Shown in pieces: positions 1-14,444 of a stretch of DNA of 64,000 nucleotides. Where the stretch lies: the NCBI RefSeq assembly GCF_009914755.1, contig NC_060926.1; one strand, 5' to 3'. Under the pieces are notes generated by a model. That model did no database searches. It was not told the origin of the DNA and saw nothing but the letters and a program-made list of their open reading frames with translations. The first letter of the stretch is position 1. Each line of letters begins with the position of its first letter. Origin of the DNA: the human T2T-CHM13v2.0 reference genome, Homo sapiens. Both the position numbers and the translations under genes were made by a program.

Positions 1-515
<515 letters not shown>

Positions 516-707
516 CTACCTTTTCATCCCTCGAACATTTAACCTGCTGCTGGAGTGACCACATCTGCATTTGTCAAGAGCCTCTTTAGACATTCTTAAG
601 CCAATGAAATGACATTAACAGAAGAAAAGGAATGTTGGGATTGAGACATGCCAATGAAATAGAAATTAGGGTTAAAATAAAGAAAATCAAGACAAATATA
701 AGTAAGG

Positions 708-1024
708 TTTTTGTTGTTGTTGTTGTTTCTTTTTGAGATACAGTCTTGCCCTGTGGCCGAGGCTTGAGTGGAGTGGTCTGGTCATGGCCCACTGTAGTTT
801 CAACCTCCCTGGCTCGAGTGATCTTCCTACCTCAGCCTTTCCAGTAGCTGGACCACAGGCATGTGCCATCATCAGCTAATTTTCTTTTTATGTTTTAATT
901 TTTTGGTAGAGATGGAGTCTCACTAGGCTGCCCAGATTGGTCTCAGTCTCCTAGGCTCAAGCTATCCTCCCACATCAGCATTCCAAAGTGTCGGGATTAT
1001 AGGCATGAGCCACAGCACCTGGCC
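708..1024 (-). mobile_element. AluJ-like SINE
   Basis: (TTG)n/T tail then TGAGATACAGTCTTGC...ATGAGCCACAGCACCTGGCC; heavily CpG-decayed; J-type GGCTCAAG. Confidence 0.9.
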
Positions 1025-1299
1025 AGTAAAATTCTAACAAAGGGGAATGAGTGAAAGGTGACAAAAGTTATTAGTGAAAACATTATATCTGATGGCTTTC
1101 CTGTTCTCTTTCCTTCATTTTCATTAAAAAAACTCGTGACTAATTAAAAGTGAAAAGGAAGAGTGCATTTATTTTTTACCTGTTTAACTATTTTTTTTCT
1201 TTGAAGAAGTTCAGAGTAAATAACATGGAAATAACTACACAAACAAATTGTAACTGATTTCATGTAAAAATGAGTGATACTTAAGTGTAATGTAAAATC

Positions 1300-3635
1300 C
1301 TATACATTTTATTATAATAAAAGAAAATAAAGAGCAGAATCATGTCTACATAAAATGAAAGCACACCAGAAAGACAGGCTTATATAAAATATGCAATTTT
1401 ACATTTTCTTTCTAAATTAGTGAGAAGACAAGAAGGTTGTAAAATAAAGGAAACACTGTTAATAAGAATTAGAAAAGTTTAGAACATAAGTGGCAGAACC
1501 TAAAAGTTTATTACATAGAAAATATTACTTAGAAATTAAAGTAGTCTAAATAAAACACAAGAGTAAATGAGCATAAATTATGAAATATATATGTAATTAC
1601 GGTATACATAGATTGATATATATGAATTGTTAGATAGAATATAATGTAAATTATGAAACAGAATATTAAAATGAGAAAAATTTAAAAAGAAATGAAAAGG
1701 TTTGAGGAGGAAATGAGAACAATTGGTAGTCAAAGAAAGCTCAACATTTAGATAATATGAATCTCTAAAGACAAAAAAATCAAAGCAAGGGTATAGAAAA
1801 ATACTAAAATACAATAAGTAACATATAATGAAAAGAATTATATTTTCATCAAAAATTTTAACACCAATAATTTATTCCAAAACGAAATTGAGTAATAAAA
1901 TACTAAAGAAATTAAAATGTGAGCCGCTAATTTTGTATCTAGCAAAGTTGATTTTCAAATATAAAGGTCACAGACAAACTTTTTGTGACATGTAAAAACT
2001 CAGTAAATTGTTTCCTTTTCTGAAGAATCTACTAAAGGGAATGATTAGGCAATGAAAATGACTAGAGAGACATTGACATAACTAGTGATGAACGTTAACT
2101 ATATAGTTACTTGTAGAATGAATCCTACATGAGTGTTACAAGGAGGAGAATATAATATGCTCAGACCCTGTAGATGTAGTACAACTATAGCAAAAAGCGA
2201 GGTGGGGATTATAGGAATAATATATGTAAAAATAGTTTTGAGAGTTCTCAGTGGATGTGGTGATATTAATATTGTTAGTCTAAAACTATGGTATATGTAA
2301 TGTGTGAAAAATTAGTACTTATGAGATTTACTAATTCTGTAATTCATTGTCCTTTGAAAGTAGGATTCTGATTCTTTATGAAGAAGAAAGCAGATACAAG
2401 TGTAATACATGTGATTAATTTGAAAAGCCTCTAGTACTAAATTTGAAATGGAAGTATAAATATGGAATTAAGAGTATCCTGATTTATACATATATAAACA
2501 TATATAATATAGTGTGTGTATGTGTATATATAGTGTATGTATGTGTATATATTCCTAGCTTTCCTACCAAAGAGCCTAGAAACAATGACCACCTCAGAAA
2601 CAATGTATATCCCTAGCATCTGACATCCAGGTAGTCTTAAAATACTATTTCTCATGAAAATACTAGGATTGCTTGAAAAATGTCTCATGATGTATCTGCG
2701 GCAGCAAATGTCCAAGCTAAGTCTAAAACATCTTGTTATACCAATTGGTAATAAAGCTATCAAAGATTACTAGAGTAATGTTAAAAATTAGTAGATTTAT
2801 GTCAGAAGGAGACAATTTGAAGAAGCTCCCACTAGCCAAAGATAGAATAATTTGTACTTTAATAAGGATAATTGCAATTGACTTAAATCCATTACTATAC
2901 TATATTGACAACAGATCAATAAGGGGAAATAAAAAGCATTTATCTTATACTACTGGGTGACTAAATAACAGAGGAGAAGCGTGTCTCTTTATAATAATAT
3001 TCTAACTAAAATATAGGCGGGAAATTATATAAATGAAATATCACTAATTTGCAATCCCCATTGAATTAATCAATTTAAGCATTGAATATCAACAGCTGCC
3101 AATGTCACAGAAAGAAAGGCAACCACAAATTATGTGGCTCTCTAGGAAAGAAATCAATATCATTATCATGATGTCAAAGGGGTTGAACATGAGTCTGATA
3201 AAGAGCCTGGATTTACCTGTCAATTTGTAAAAAAAAAAAAAAAAAATAGGCAGAGGAACATACAAAGCTTTACCATGAGTATAAAATCAGTAAACTTTAG
3301 ACTCTTTAATGCTGTAGGCCAAATGATTCAGATTCTTCAACAGGTAAATGGTGAGGGAAAGGAATAGAAGGGAACCTGTAGATGAAAGGAACTTAACAAC
3401 ATGCTGAATTTTTAAAAGTTAGTCAATGCCACAGAGCTACAGTGTTTCAAGATGTACACTTTGGTGAAAAAAAAATTATAATGAAACATAGAAATGATTA
3501 CCATAAAAGTTAAGAGCATAATTACTTTATGGGGAAGGCGGAAAAGTGAAGGGGATTGGGAAGGAATAGGGTTTCGGAGGTAGCTGGCAATGTTCTTTAT
3601 CTGCGTGTTGGTTACAAAGGTACTTACCATCATCA
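1300..3635 (+). mobile_element. Old L1M fragments (ORF1-like A-rich part followed by L1MC/L1MD-type 3' region)
   Basis: A-rich strand bias; TTTTGTATCTAGCAAAGTTGATTTTCAAATATAAAGG (ORF1 end-like); CTAAAACATCTTGTTATACC and GGTAGCTGGCAATGTTCTTTATCT resemble L1MC 3' UTR; boundaries approximate. Confidence 0.55.
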
Positions 3636-4999
3636 TTATTCATGCCCAATCCGTGTAGTAACAGCACAAAATAAAAAGTTAATTTCCTCTTTTAGCAACC
3701 CCATCCCTCTTCTCTCATAAGTTATCACTTATGACATACTCATGTATATCCTCCCAGATATTTTTCTAACCTTTTATATTAGATAGATAGACATATATAT
3801 ATATATACATGTACATATGCAATAATGTATAAATATAAACTTGAATAAGGTTTTTATGTATTTTTTATAGAAATGCAATCAGCCTATATATATTATCCTT
3901 TGACTTCCTTTTCTCACTGAAAAATATGTCTAAGCTACATTTTCTATTAGATAACTACCTTTGCCTCATCCTTTTGAATGGCCATATGATATTTCTTAGA
4001 ATGGCCACACAATTATTTAACTGTTTTATTAGATATTGTATATGTATAAAATATTTATAAAAATATGAAAAATATAAAGACCAGTGATGAAAACTCCCAT
4101 CATTAGTTTAAAATATAGCTCAATATCTTTGAAGTTTGCTGTGTATGCCAGACCTTTTCCCATCCTCTTTCCTGAGTTATTTTACAGTATCAGGTTGATT
4201 ATCCTCAAAGTTTAGTGTTTTGTATTCATATCTTCAAGCTTTTATTACATTTCTTTAAATGTGTTATAATATTTATTTTAATTCTGTGTTTGATAATTTC
4301 ATTATCCATAGTCTTGAGACGCTGGGATTATTGTCTTGTATTTCATTTGTCCATGAAACTTTGTTTCCTTGTGCATTTTGTGACTTTTTGTTTACTGTGA
4401 GTTCATAACTTTTTGGATCTTTATTTATAGGAATTCAGTTTTAGGCATGAGTTAAAGCCTTCGGTTATTTTCTTAGTGGTAATTTTCATATGATTTTGAT
4501 AAATGCCTAGCTAAGTTACTAACCTGAAACCACTTTCAACTGAATTATCAACTTCACTTCAAACTTTCTCATCACTGGCTCTTTAATGTGCACTTAGGAG
4601 CACATGGAACAAAGTGCAAAGTCAATGCAATAGCCCAAAGTGCTGTAGTTAATACTGTGATAGGCAGTTTAAAATATAAGTTACAGAAATGTGACTATGT
4701 TTTTTCTTCTATAATACTGGCAGCTTTTGGGGGCTTTCTGTATTATTTCATTCTATACTGAAACTACCTAAAAAGTCAATATTAGCAATATTCTATAGTT
4801 CAGCAAACTGAAGTGTGTAAAATTAGGCTATTTTTTTCCCACGGCATTTTCAACTGGTGCCTGTTTCATCTACCACATCCCATACCATAAGCCTAGAGGT
4901 AGTATAATTGTCTTTCTTATTTCTCATTACCATTTTCAGCCCATTTTTTCTTTCTACTCTTCAAATCTTGGGTTCTTTGAAGTACCTGCTTGCAGACTA

Positions 5000-5720
5000 G
5001 ATTTGCTATTAGTTCTCCTTTTTGCTGTCATCTAATCTCCAGGGTTCTCCCCTCGGTTTTTAACTATCTTAATATCCAGCTCATTCCCTTTCTAACTTTA
5101 TTCCTGACATTATTTCTTGTGACTTCAGTCTCTGTTGTTGATGTCTTTAATACTTAGCTTCTCAGAAAATCTCATATATAAGAACCCTACTCTGACCACT
5201 ACATGCTGTCTTTCAAGTTCACATTAGCTTCTTCTCTCCAACAACTCTTTTGCCCACATTGAAACATCCAATGCTTTGACCCAACCTATTTTTCACTGTC
5301 ATCTGCCTTATCTTTTTTCTTAATTTTCTCTTTACCTATATTAGCCTCTGTGATTAATCACTTTAATCACTGTCTTGCAGAGGCCCTCAACTCCTTGCCT
5401 TTCCCTAATGTGTTCAAAATGTGCCTGGCAAAATGCCAAGCCTGCTTAAACTCATAATTCTGCTTATTCTGTGCATACACCTGAATATCTGAACATGGGT
5501 AGAGAAAAAGCACAACCACACTGACTGTTTTACCCTTAAATTTATAGTCACTAATCTTTTGTGGGCACTCAGTAATGCTAAGCATTCCTATTATATTTCC
5601 CTAGTAAATTGACTTGCTTTGTCATCAAAATGACTCTCATATTTTCTCTCTCTCAATCACCTTAAGCTCTCTTCACTGACGGTAAAATCTATTCTTGCTT
5701 CACTGATAACATAGATGCCA
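5000..5720 (+). mobile_element. L2 LINE relic
   Basis: Pyrimidine-rich; CCCTCAACTCCTTGCC..CTGGCAAAATGCCAAGCCTG resembles L2 ORF2 remnant; boundaries approximate. Confidence 0.45.
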
Positions 5721-6504
5721 CCAGAATAGAATGCTCTTGTCTTTTTATCATCGAATCTTTCAGCCTACATTAATATGCACACATTATTCGTTGAAACATT
5801 TAGGATGTTTTCTCCAACAATCAGCAAAATACACTATGAAAATTCATTTTAAAATGGGTTTTAAAATATCACATTAAAGAAAAACAGAGATGTGTGGTTT
5901 CAGTATTGATTAGTTCCATGCTTAAAAATATTACAGCTCTGGGTGGCTTCTCTGTGATTCTCTTGGCTGTAAGATGGTTGGCACAGTTCCAACATCATGT
6001 CCTAATACATCAAAACATAGATAGTAGGAGTTTCTCTTTGCATGTATCTCCTTTTAATCAAAAAACAAAACAACTTCCCAAACTTTTGAACAAACTTTTG
6101 CCTGTATATCTTTGAGCAATTTTAATCATATGCCCACCCCTAAACCAATCATAATCAAAAAGGAAATGTGATTGGTTAGGTCCAGTCCATTGAAGTGGGT
6201 CTATTAATCCGAGGCATATCTTAACATAATTTGGATCATTTTAGAAAAGATAAAGGAGGAAATAACAATTTTAGAGATAACCAATATTATGTACTACGCC
6301 TTTATATTTTGCTTTCTCTGTTGTTTTAATGGATGACTTGTCTCTATACTTTATTAAAGATCAACTTCACTTACATACTCGATCCCATCTTCTCTTGCTT
6401 GCTCAAGGATTTTGTCTCTCAACCCCTATTTTCTCTGTATCAACAATTTCTCCCTTCCCAAACATTTGTTGCCATTAACATATAAATATGCTATAACATT
6501 TCTT

Positions 6505-6814
<310 letters not shown>

Positions 6815-7511
6815 AACATTTCTTAGCTAATTCTTTTGACTTGAAAATCCCCTACAATTAGGCCAGAGAAACAAATTTTTTCCAAGTGTTGTGCGTAATC
6901 ATTGTCTCTATTTTTTCCTTATTCTCCATAGTCAGATTAAATTACTGGTATCTACATTACATATTAAGAGGTTTAATCTAATTAAAGTTATTATAATTAT
7001 TGTGGTTTGCTGTCATCACAAGTTCACTGAATGAATGTGTTTTTTTACATTCCATCAACTTTATTTTCTTGCTTATACATTTGTTATTTTACAATTGTAC
7101 CCATTCTTTCAATTAATACCAAATAGAAAAAATAAAGCTGGGGAGAGAGAATTGAAGAATAAAGAGATAAAGGAGCTCTAAACAATAGTAGCAAAAGGTT
7201 TGGAAAAGTATAGGAAATGATGGGGTAAAAGGAAGACATATTTATATGAAGGTCTGTCAGGGCCATTGATTGGCCTTAGAGAGTGGTAGTCTTTTATTAA
7301 ATCAAGGAAGAATGCTATATACATTTTTGTGGATCCTCATTTATCTATTAAAATGCTGTGCTTATAAGTAGGTCCAGGACACCTATTTGTCAAATTTAAG
7401 TTTTCAAATTGTAGAGTGTTTTCAGAAAAACTAACCAAACATCACATGTGATTTGTACAACCACTTTGTGAGGTAAAATAAAAAAGAATAATTGTCATTG
7501 TTTTACTATAT

Positions 7512-7800
7512 TTGTGATTTCAGGCCAGTCATTTAACCTTTTTGAGCCCTAATTTCATCATCAGTAAAATGCAGATAATGCCCCTATTACTAAGGCTGTA
7601 GTGAGAATTGAATTAATTCAGTACCCAGCACATAGCAAGGATATTTATGTTAGCTATTATTATTATCGTTATCATTATTATTTTAAAGACAGGGAAACGG
7701 AGGTTCAGAAAGGTTAGAAATACCCAACTGGAGAATGATGAGTTCTTGAGATCAAAATCCAGGTCTTTTTATTTCGATCTAATGACCTCTCTACTTTACC
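7512..7800. mobile_element. Two MIR fragments in opposite orientation (+ 7512-7665; - 7680-7800)
   Basis: CAGTCATTTAACCT..TGAGCC..TTTCATCATCAGTAAAATG (MIR core) and ACAGGGAAACGGAGGTTCAGAAAGGTTAG (reverse core). Confidence 0.7.
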
Positions 7801-8459
7801 ATATTGTTGGACAAAGTGGGTATCACTTAGGATGGATTATAACATAAATTCAATTCCAGACAAATTTCTTTCCCTTAGGAGACTGACTTTTGTCTTCTTT
7901 TCTGACAATGGGAATTAAAACACTGATTAGCTTTACCTCTGTTTACTGGTTGCTGAGAAACTGAATCAAATTTAAAGTGTAATCATAGCAATTATCTGTC
8001 TTTATTGACTTTATCTTCATTTCCTTTATATATGTCTTATTTGTGTTCTGATTTGTCTTGGTAATTACTTTTTACATGTATTTTCGTATTAACTGTACTC
8101 AATTTCTTAGGAGAATTGCTCAGCATTGTTGAACAAATAAATCTTTGCTACTACTCTTGTTGGGACTTGCAACATAGAGTGGCCCATGTGAGAAGTAGAG
8201 AAATTGCAAGCCAAAGCCTACAGTTTGGAGCTTCCACCCTTGTGGCTCCTTATTTAGAGCTCACAATTGAAACCACTATTTGTTTTTTCTGTGATGTCTT
8301 AATATATGCAGAATGATTCTTCCAATTGTCAGTCACACAAGCCTCTTTTGATTTCTAAGGCTCAGCTGCTCTGGGGAACAACAGTAAGTGTTCACACTAG
8401 GGTTCTCCAAAATTAACACATTTGCCTCAGAGCTTATATGTTTTCTCAATCTCTATCTC

Positions 8460-8830
8460 TTTTTAAATTGAGATATAATAAACATATAGCAAACTGTATA
8501 AAGTACATTACTCTTACTGATGCAGTTTAAGAATTATTTGCATATGTTTGCATTCCTTTAGCCATCACCTAGATCAAGATATAGAACACTTCCAGCATGC
8601 TGTAAGGTTGTTTTGTGCCCTATCTTGTCCACACAACCTCCTCCAGAAGGTAACTTGTATTGTGACTTCTGTCATCAACAATTAGTTTTGCCTGTTCTTA
8701 AATTTTCTGTAAATAAAATCATGCATATTGTATGAACATTTTTGTGTGTCTGGCTGACCTCTCTTTTATTATTCAACACATCTAAGATTTATCCATGTTT
8801 TCTCTTGTATGTGTATTTTGCTGTTTTTTA
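8460..8830 (-). mobile_element. L1M (MD/ME-type) 3' end fragment
   Basis: TTTTAAATTGAGATATAAT..CATATAG, CACCTAGATCAAGATATAGAACA.TTCCAGCA, TTAGTTTTGCCTGTTCTT. Confidence 0.7.
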
Positions 8831-10711
8831 CTTTGTACATTCTATAATGGACACAAATCTATATGATGCAAGAAAAGGCAAAATTATGGAACAATTTGTT
8901 TTTGTTTCCTTTATTCTTAGGTTTCTATTGTTAATTTCCTTAATCCTTTATGTAAAATATATGATAAATATGGAGGTCTTGCAAGGGAAAGAGAAGGGAA
9001 ACTAATACTTAAAATACCAGAGTTAGAAGGATAGGAGAATTTCACTTACTATTAAAAATATTTCTGTACACATTTATTCATAACAAAACTAGTAGAAATT
9101 TTAGTTTTTCTTTATAGCCCATTCTTACCTTATTTACTTTGCACCCACAACACAATAGAGGGAAGAGAATGCTTATTTAGCTGTGGCCATTCCTACAGAT
9201 TATATTTCTTCCAAATTCTAATTTATATTCCATTCCCTTTAATATTTTCCCCTCTTTCCTCTGTTTATCTCAGGTGGAGGGAAAGGATACCCAGAGCTTT
9301 TCCAGCACTGATATTATCTGGACCACACTGGTGATTGCTCTCTGCATAAATATCCTGCTTTCCCTATGCGCACAAAGTGTTTTCTTTCTAATCTTATGTA
9401 AATGGTGATATCTCACAGGAATGTTGACTGTAAAAGATCCTCCAGGGTTTCTTCTCCTTACAAAATTAGCTGAACCATTCTACATACAGGTTTTGTGTTA
9501 TCTTTTTCACTGATATTGCTGAGATATTAAAATGTATAAAAATGATCAAAGTGGTTTCCCCTTCACTTTATCTTTTCTTTTTATCTATACGCTTCATTTC
9601 TTATCAATTTTAATAAAAATCTGATTTCTTGTTGGGTTCATCATCTTATTGTCATTTCTCACTTAGGTTTGAGACTGTATATGAGTTTTGAATTCTTATC
9701 TGTTTTCAGTGATTCAGAGTCTAAGTATACACTTTTCTGTTACAAATGAGTAAGCTAATATTACTGAGGTGGAGGTAGGGGTTTGGGGAAGAGTGAACGA
9801 GTACGACATACTCTTGTTTAGGATTCCCTGGGAATGAATTTGCATACTGATAAAACAATCTTAAGATATAAAATATTTGCATTGGTAAGTTACTTAAAGT
9901 ATATATTAAATATTGCTATGCTATCAAAACAGCTACAGATTGATGCATGTCCTTAATTTTCCTAAGTCTTGTAGCCATGCAGCTATAGGTCTCTTCTAGA
10001 ATCAGAAAGTAGCAGATCACCCAGACCAATTCCCCATTATGAGTTATGGAGAGGGTGGGAGGAAGACATACCTTATCTCATTTTTTTTTTCTGTCATCAG
10101 AGGACCTAGAAAGGTATTCCTATAGTATTCAATTATTAGAAAAGACCTCAGAGGCCATCCGGTCTGACCTTACCTATCCTATACTAATTTATTTTCTACA
10201 ACTTCCCGCAAATGATTATAGAATCTCTTCTTGAATACTGCCAGTGGCTGGAAATCTCAATCTGATACAACACATGTGCTGATCATAAGCAGCTAGCATT
10301 TCAGAAATCTATTGATATAGCACAATACCATATCATGACTTTAACAACTATAATTTATTATTTCTTACAATTATATAGGTTAGGAATTTGGGCAAGAATT
10401 AATAGGGCTGTTTTTCTAGTTTGCATATTGCCAAGGGGATCACTCGCTCAGCCAAATAGGGCCCAAAGATTCAAGATGGCTTTATACCTGGCACTTTGGT
10501 GCTCCCTGATGTAGTCTGTCTCTTTCTCTGTAGTGTCTTATCCTTCAAGCTCTATGTGGCTCTATCTTCAGCATGGGAATCTGTAACTCCTTGTAGCATG
10601 GCAGCTGGCTTCCAAGAGAGAACAAGAAAGTAGCAGGCATCTGAAAATCTAGGTTCAGAACAGTCACCGCATCACCGATCACTTCTTTCATACTCTTAGT
10701 TAAAACAATTT

Positions 10712-11061
<350 letters not shown>

Positions 11062-12559
11062 AACAATTCATGACCATCCCTGATTTGAGGCGTGAGGAAA
11101 CAGAAATAGACTCCACTTTTTGAATACAGCAGCCACAAAGCCTCATTGCCAAAGTTGTAGGACGGGAGCTACCATTGCAGCTACCTTTGGAAACACCCTA
11201 CCACATCCAGAAAGTAATGCATCACACAGAAAGGCCTCCTCTCCCTTACCTACTGCCGATCAATGCTCCTGATTGTTTTCATTATGATGCTCCCTCCAGC
11301 CGTTTCAACGATCTTCCAACTCAGGCCTTATAAACCGTAATCCTGATTTCTAATTCTAGCCCAGCTGAATTTGATATATACATGTATTATTCTAAAACAC
11401 AGTTTTGCTCATTCTTTTAAGTGTTGGAGGTAGAAAATTCCATATCCTATAGCAAGGAAGGGATGAGAACAATGCTCTTCATGTCATGTTGAGACTTCTT
11501 TAACTGTCAAAAAATTTTTCTGCATAGAGAACTACAATTCAACCCCCTGTAAATATTATTATTTCCTAGTTCTATGTGTAAGAGATATTTAAATGCTAAA
11601 TACAGCTAAAATATTCTCAGACAAGCTATTGCCTACTCTTTGCTAAACAACCCTGTCTTCTGTCATTGTTTCCAAACCCTCTGCTAGCATAACAAGTCTT
11701 TCTCAGATGGACTTCATTTGGCTGATATATATCTTAAAGCAGACACAGTTTACTTGGAGAGATGATGTTATTTATATTCTAGTTCTGGACACTATAAATC
11801 TATTGCCACTGCTGTCTTATTTTGAGCTGGTGATCAAACAAAATCTTTAAATTTTGTTCATACTTTCTGTTCACTCATTTATCTCTCATTCTATAGTTAG
11901 TATATCCACATTGTTGCATATAAACCTGATATGTATAAACTCAGGTGAAGTGCCTGGAACATTTGGGGGATGTAAACTCACTTTATTCCATTCAGGTAGA
12001 GCCCAATTACCAAATTAAGAAATATGCACGTCTTCAGATAAAAATTTCTAGATGATACAATTACAATTTTTAATTTCCCAAAGATTTATTCCTTCAGTAT
12101 CCTTACTCTCCAAACATACAAATCTTGAATACTTTTAGATTGTAGCTGTAAGCTACTTCATAACACGGGAGGGGAGGTGCAGGCCTAGTCATTAGGCAAG
12201 ATCATTAACTCTGCATGTCTTACAATAAGAGTTTTTCCATTCTTAATTTTTTTTTCTAAAAGTAATAAATCATTTAGAAAATGGTCTCAAGTAGTCATTT
12301 GTCATAATATCTTGAGGAAAGTTTCTCTTACAGGTCTCAATTTCTATTGTTTGGTTTCAATAAAATGTGCTGAAGGTTTATTCTTTTGTATTAAGAAAAG
12401 TCTTCACATCAGAAATTCTTCATTCTAATACTCACCCAAGGTTTTAAACCTACATCCTAGGATATGTATATTTATTCAGCTAACATGTCAGTCTCTTCTT
12501 TCTGCAGGATGACTACCTGTGATTATTCCTTCAGTTTCTCAATTCACTCACTCACAAGT

Positions 12560-13057
12560 ATGCTTGATGGAGGGTCATACCTGAGAGTCAGAAAGGCCAG
12601 TTCCATGTTCTGTGAGGTTTACATTCTTATGGAAGAAAATAAATATGTAAACAAAGAAATATGTACTGTGATTGTGGTTATAAGTTCTATAGAGGAACAA
12701 AATTAGAATAAGTAATCAAAAGCTAGGAAAAGTGAATGGGGTAGGAACTACTTTAAAGGTAGTCAGGGACAAGAGCCATCCGAATCTGAGGTCATGATGT
12801 TTGGGCAGATATCTGACTCCTGGGCAGGAGTGAGTCTGAGGAGATGTGTGGGTGGAGTATTCAGCTCAGAGGTGCAGAAGGTGACATGGCTTCAGGATGG
12901 ATCAACTTTTTTGTGTTCCAGAAGTACCAGGAAAGTCATGGTAAGCAATGAGAAGTGGTAAGAGATAAAGTAGAAGAAATAGTGGGGAAGGGCAGTTCAT
13001 GGAATGATTTTCATGCCATTGGACATATTTAGCTTTTAGCTTAAATGCAGTGAAAAC
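12560..13057 (-). mobile_element. L2 relic, left part (continues at 23164-23540 and 26187-26280)
   Basis: TTCTGTGAGGTTTACATTCTTATGGAAG; continuation GAGTTTTAAACCAGGAAATGACATGATCT; later TTTGACATGTT and ATCTGGAGCTCAGGAAAGAGGTC match reverse L2 in order. Confidence 0.7.
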
Positions 13058-13113
13058 TGTAGCAGGCACAGCTGCTGCCACATTTAGAAATATTTTCTGA
13101 TCCATTTATCAGG

Positions 13114-13240
13114 TGTATTAGGGTTCCCCACAGAGACAGAACCAATACAATGGATGGATGGATAGATTAGATAGATATATTACATAGATAGATAGATTAT
13201 AAAAGATTGATAATTAATTATCACATCAGATTACTTAGAA
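13114..13240 (-). mobile_element. MLT2-type ERVL LTR fragment with (GGAT)/(GATA) simple repeat
   Basis: TGTATTAGGGTTCCCCACAGAGACAGAACCAATA is the MLT2 terminal sequence. Confidence 0.7.
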
Positions 13241-13289
13241 GGCTGCTACTTTTGAGTAGGATCTATAGCAAGAGACAAATTTGTGGCAA

Positions 13290-13805
13290 GGTCAGATTTT
13301 AGGTCAGTCTTACTGCTTGGTCCATATGACCTGGCAAATTCCAAAATTCTAAAAGTATCCACAGTAAATAATGGTAATATGTCACATCTCAGGCCAGCAC
13401 CAATATATAAGTTACAATGCAGACTCTTTGGGTTCTGAAGCAAGGTCACACGTTATGCAGAGGAGAGATGTTCACTGTTTAAAAAGCTCCCTTGGAATGG
13501 TATTGGGCCCCAGTAGAGACAGTGCCTGACCATGGAACATCAAATGTCTATGTAACCAGAGCCAACCATTTTAAGCTAGTTATTTTCATCCACCATGTAA
13601 TAAGGTGTGGCAGAAAGAGCAACAGTGCATCATATAAAAGAAGTGCTACATTTAAGATCAGCCCTAAGCAAATGGCTCAGAACTTCATGACATCCCTTGC
13701 ACCAATGACTCTTCCTCGGTGTAATTACATGTGAGTTTTCATGGGATGTTCATCAGGACCATCTGATAGAGGAGGAAAAACCTGACCAAGTTCAGAGGTG
13801 GGTTT
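13290..13805 (+). pseudogene. ERVL pol remnant (RT connection / RNase H start)
   Basis: Broken translation LLLGPYD..KVS..PAPI..LQCRLFGF*SK..YWAPVET resembles ERVL pol LPLGPYDP..QAPIGESQRRPLGFWSK..YWALVET. Confidence 0.75.
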
Positions 13806-13811
13806 ACCCAC

Positions 13812-14295
13812 TGACAAAGACTCTTTGCTTGGCCAAACTTTAGTCAGGCTTTTGAACCTTCTAGGCCTATCTGCATACTTTCTCATAAAATTCAGTTTTA
13901 GCAAAGAACCCTGATAAATCAGTTTAGCAAGAAATCTTCACCCTTGATATCTGATCATCCTTCATATCTGACTGGGTTTCTCATCCCCCACCATCTCCCA
14001 GGTGACGTCTTATCACCCTGACCTGTCTTCAGCAAAAATCCTGTTAGGATGGTTTAGCCAGAATCTCCCTTATCCCTGATGTTTCCTCTTAGTAATTTTC
14101 CGTCCACTGACCCCCATCCTGCTCCTCTGCTATAAATTCCCACTTGCTGATACTGTTTTTGGAGGTGGACTGCACCTTTCTCCCCTATTGCAAGATCTCT
14201 CTTACAGTGGCCCCTAAACTTATTACCAATGTCCTGAGTAAAGTCTTTCTTAACATGCTTTAACGAGTGTCATTGAATAGTTATTTTCTTTAACA
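13812..14295 (+). mobile_element. MER31-like ERV1 solo LTR
   Basis: TGACAAAGACTCT..CCAAACTTTAGTCAGGCT start, TTTCTTTAACA end (TG...CA), 4-bp TSD CCAC at 13808-13811 and 14296-14299. Confidence 0.85.
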
Positions 14296-14299
14296 CCAC

Positions 14300-14444
14300 A
14301 TAAAATTTTGTACATAAATATTCGTAGTAGCATTATTTATAATACCCAAAAAGTATAAACTACCCAAATTTATACCAACTGATTAATAAGGAAAACATGG
14401 TGTAACCATAAATGGTATATTATTCAACCATGAAAATAAATTAA
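14300..14444 (+). mobile_element. L1M 3' fragment
   Basis: TGTACATAAATATTCGTAGTAGCATTATTTATAATA.CCAAAAAG..AAACTACCCAAAT. Confidence 0.7.

Noticed and set aside
9255-9410. Plus-strand exon after CTCTGTTTATCTCAG (44-codon hydrophobic frame)
   Set aside because: No recognisable protein or partner exons; hydrophobic frames are expected in T-rich DNA
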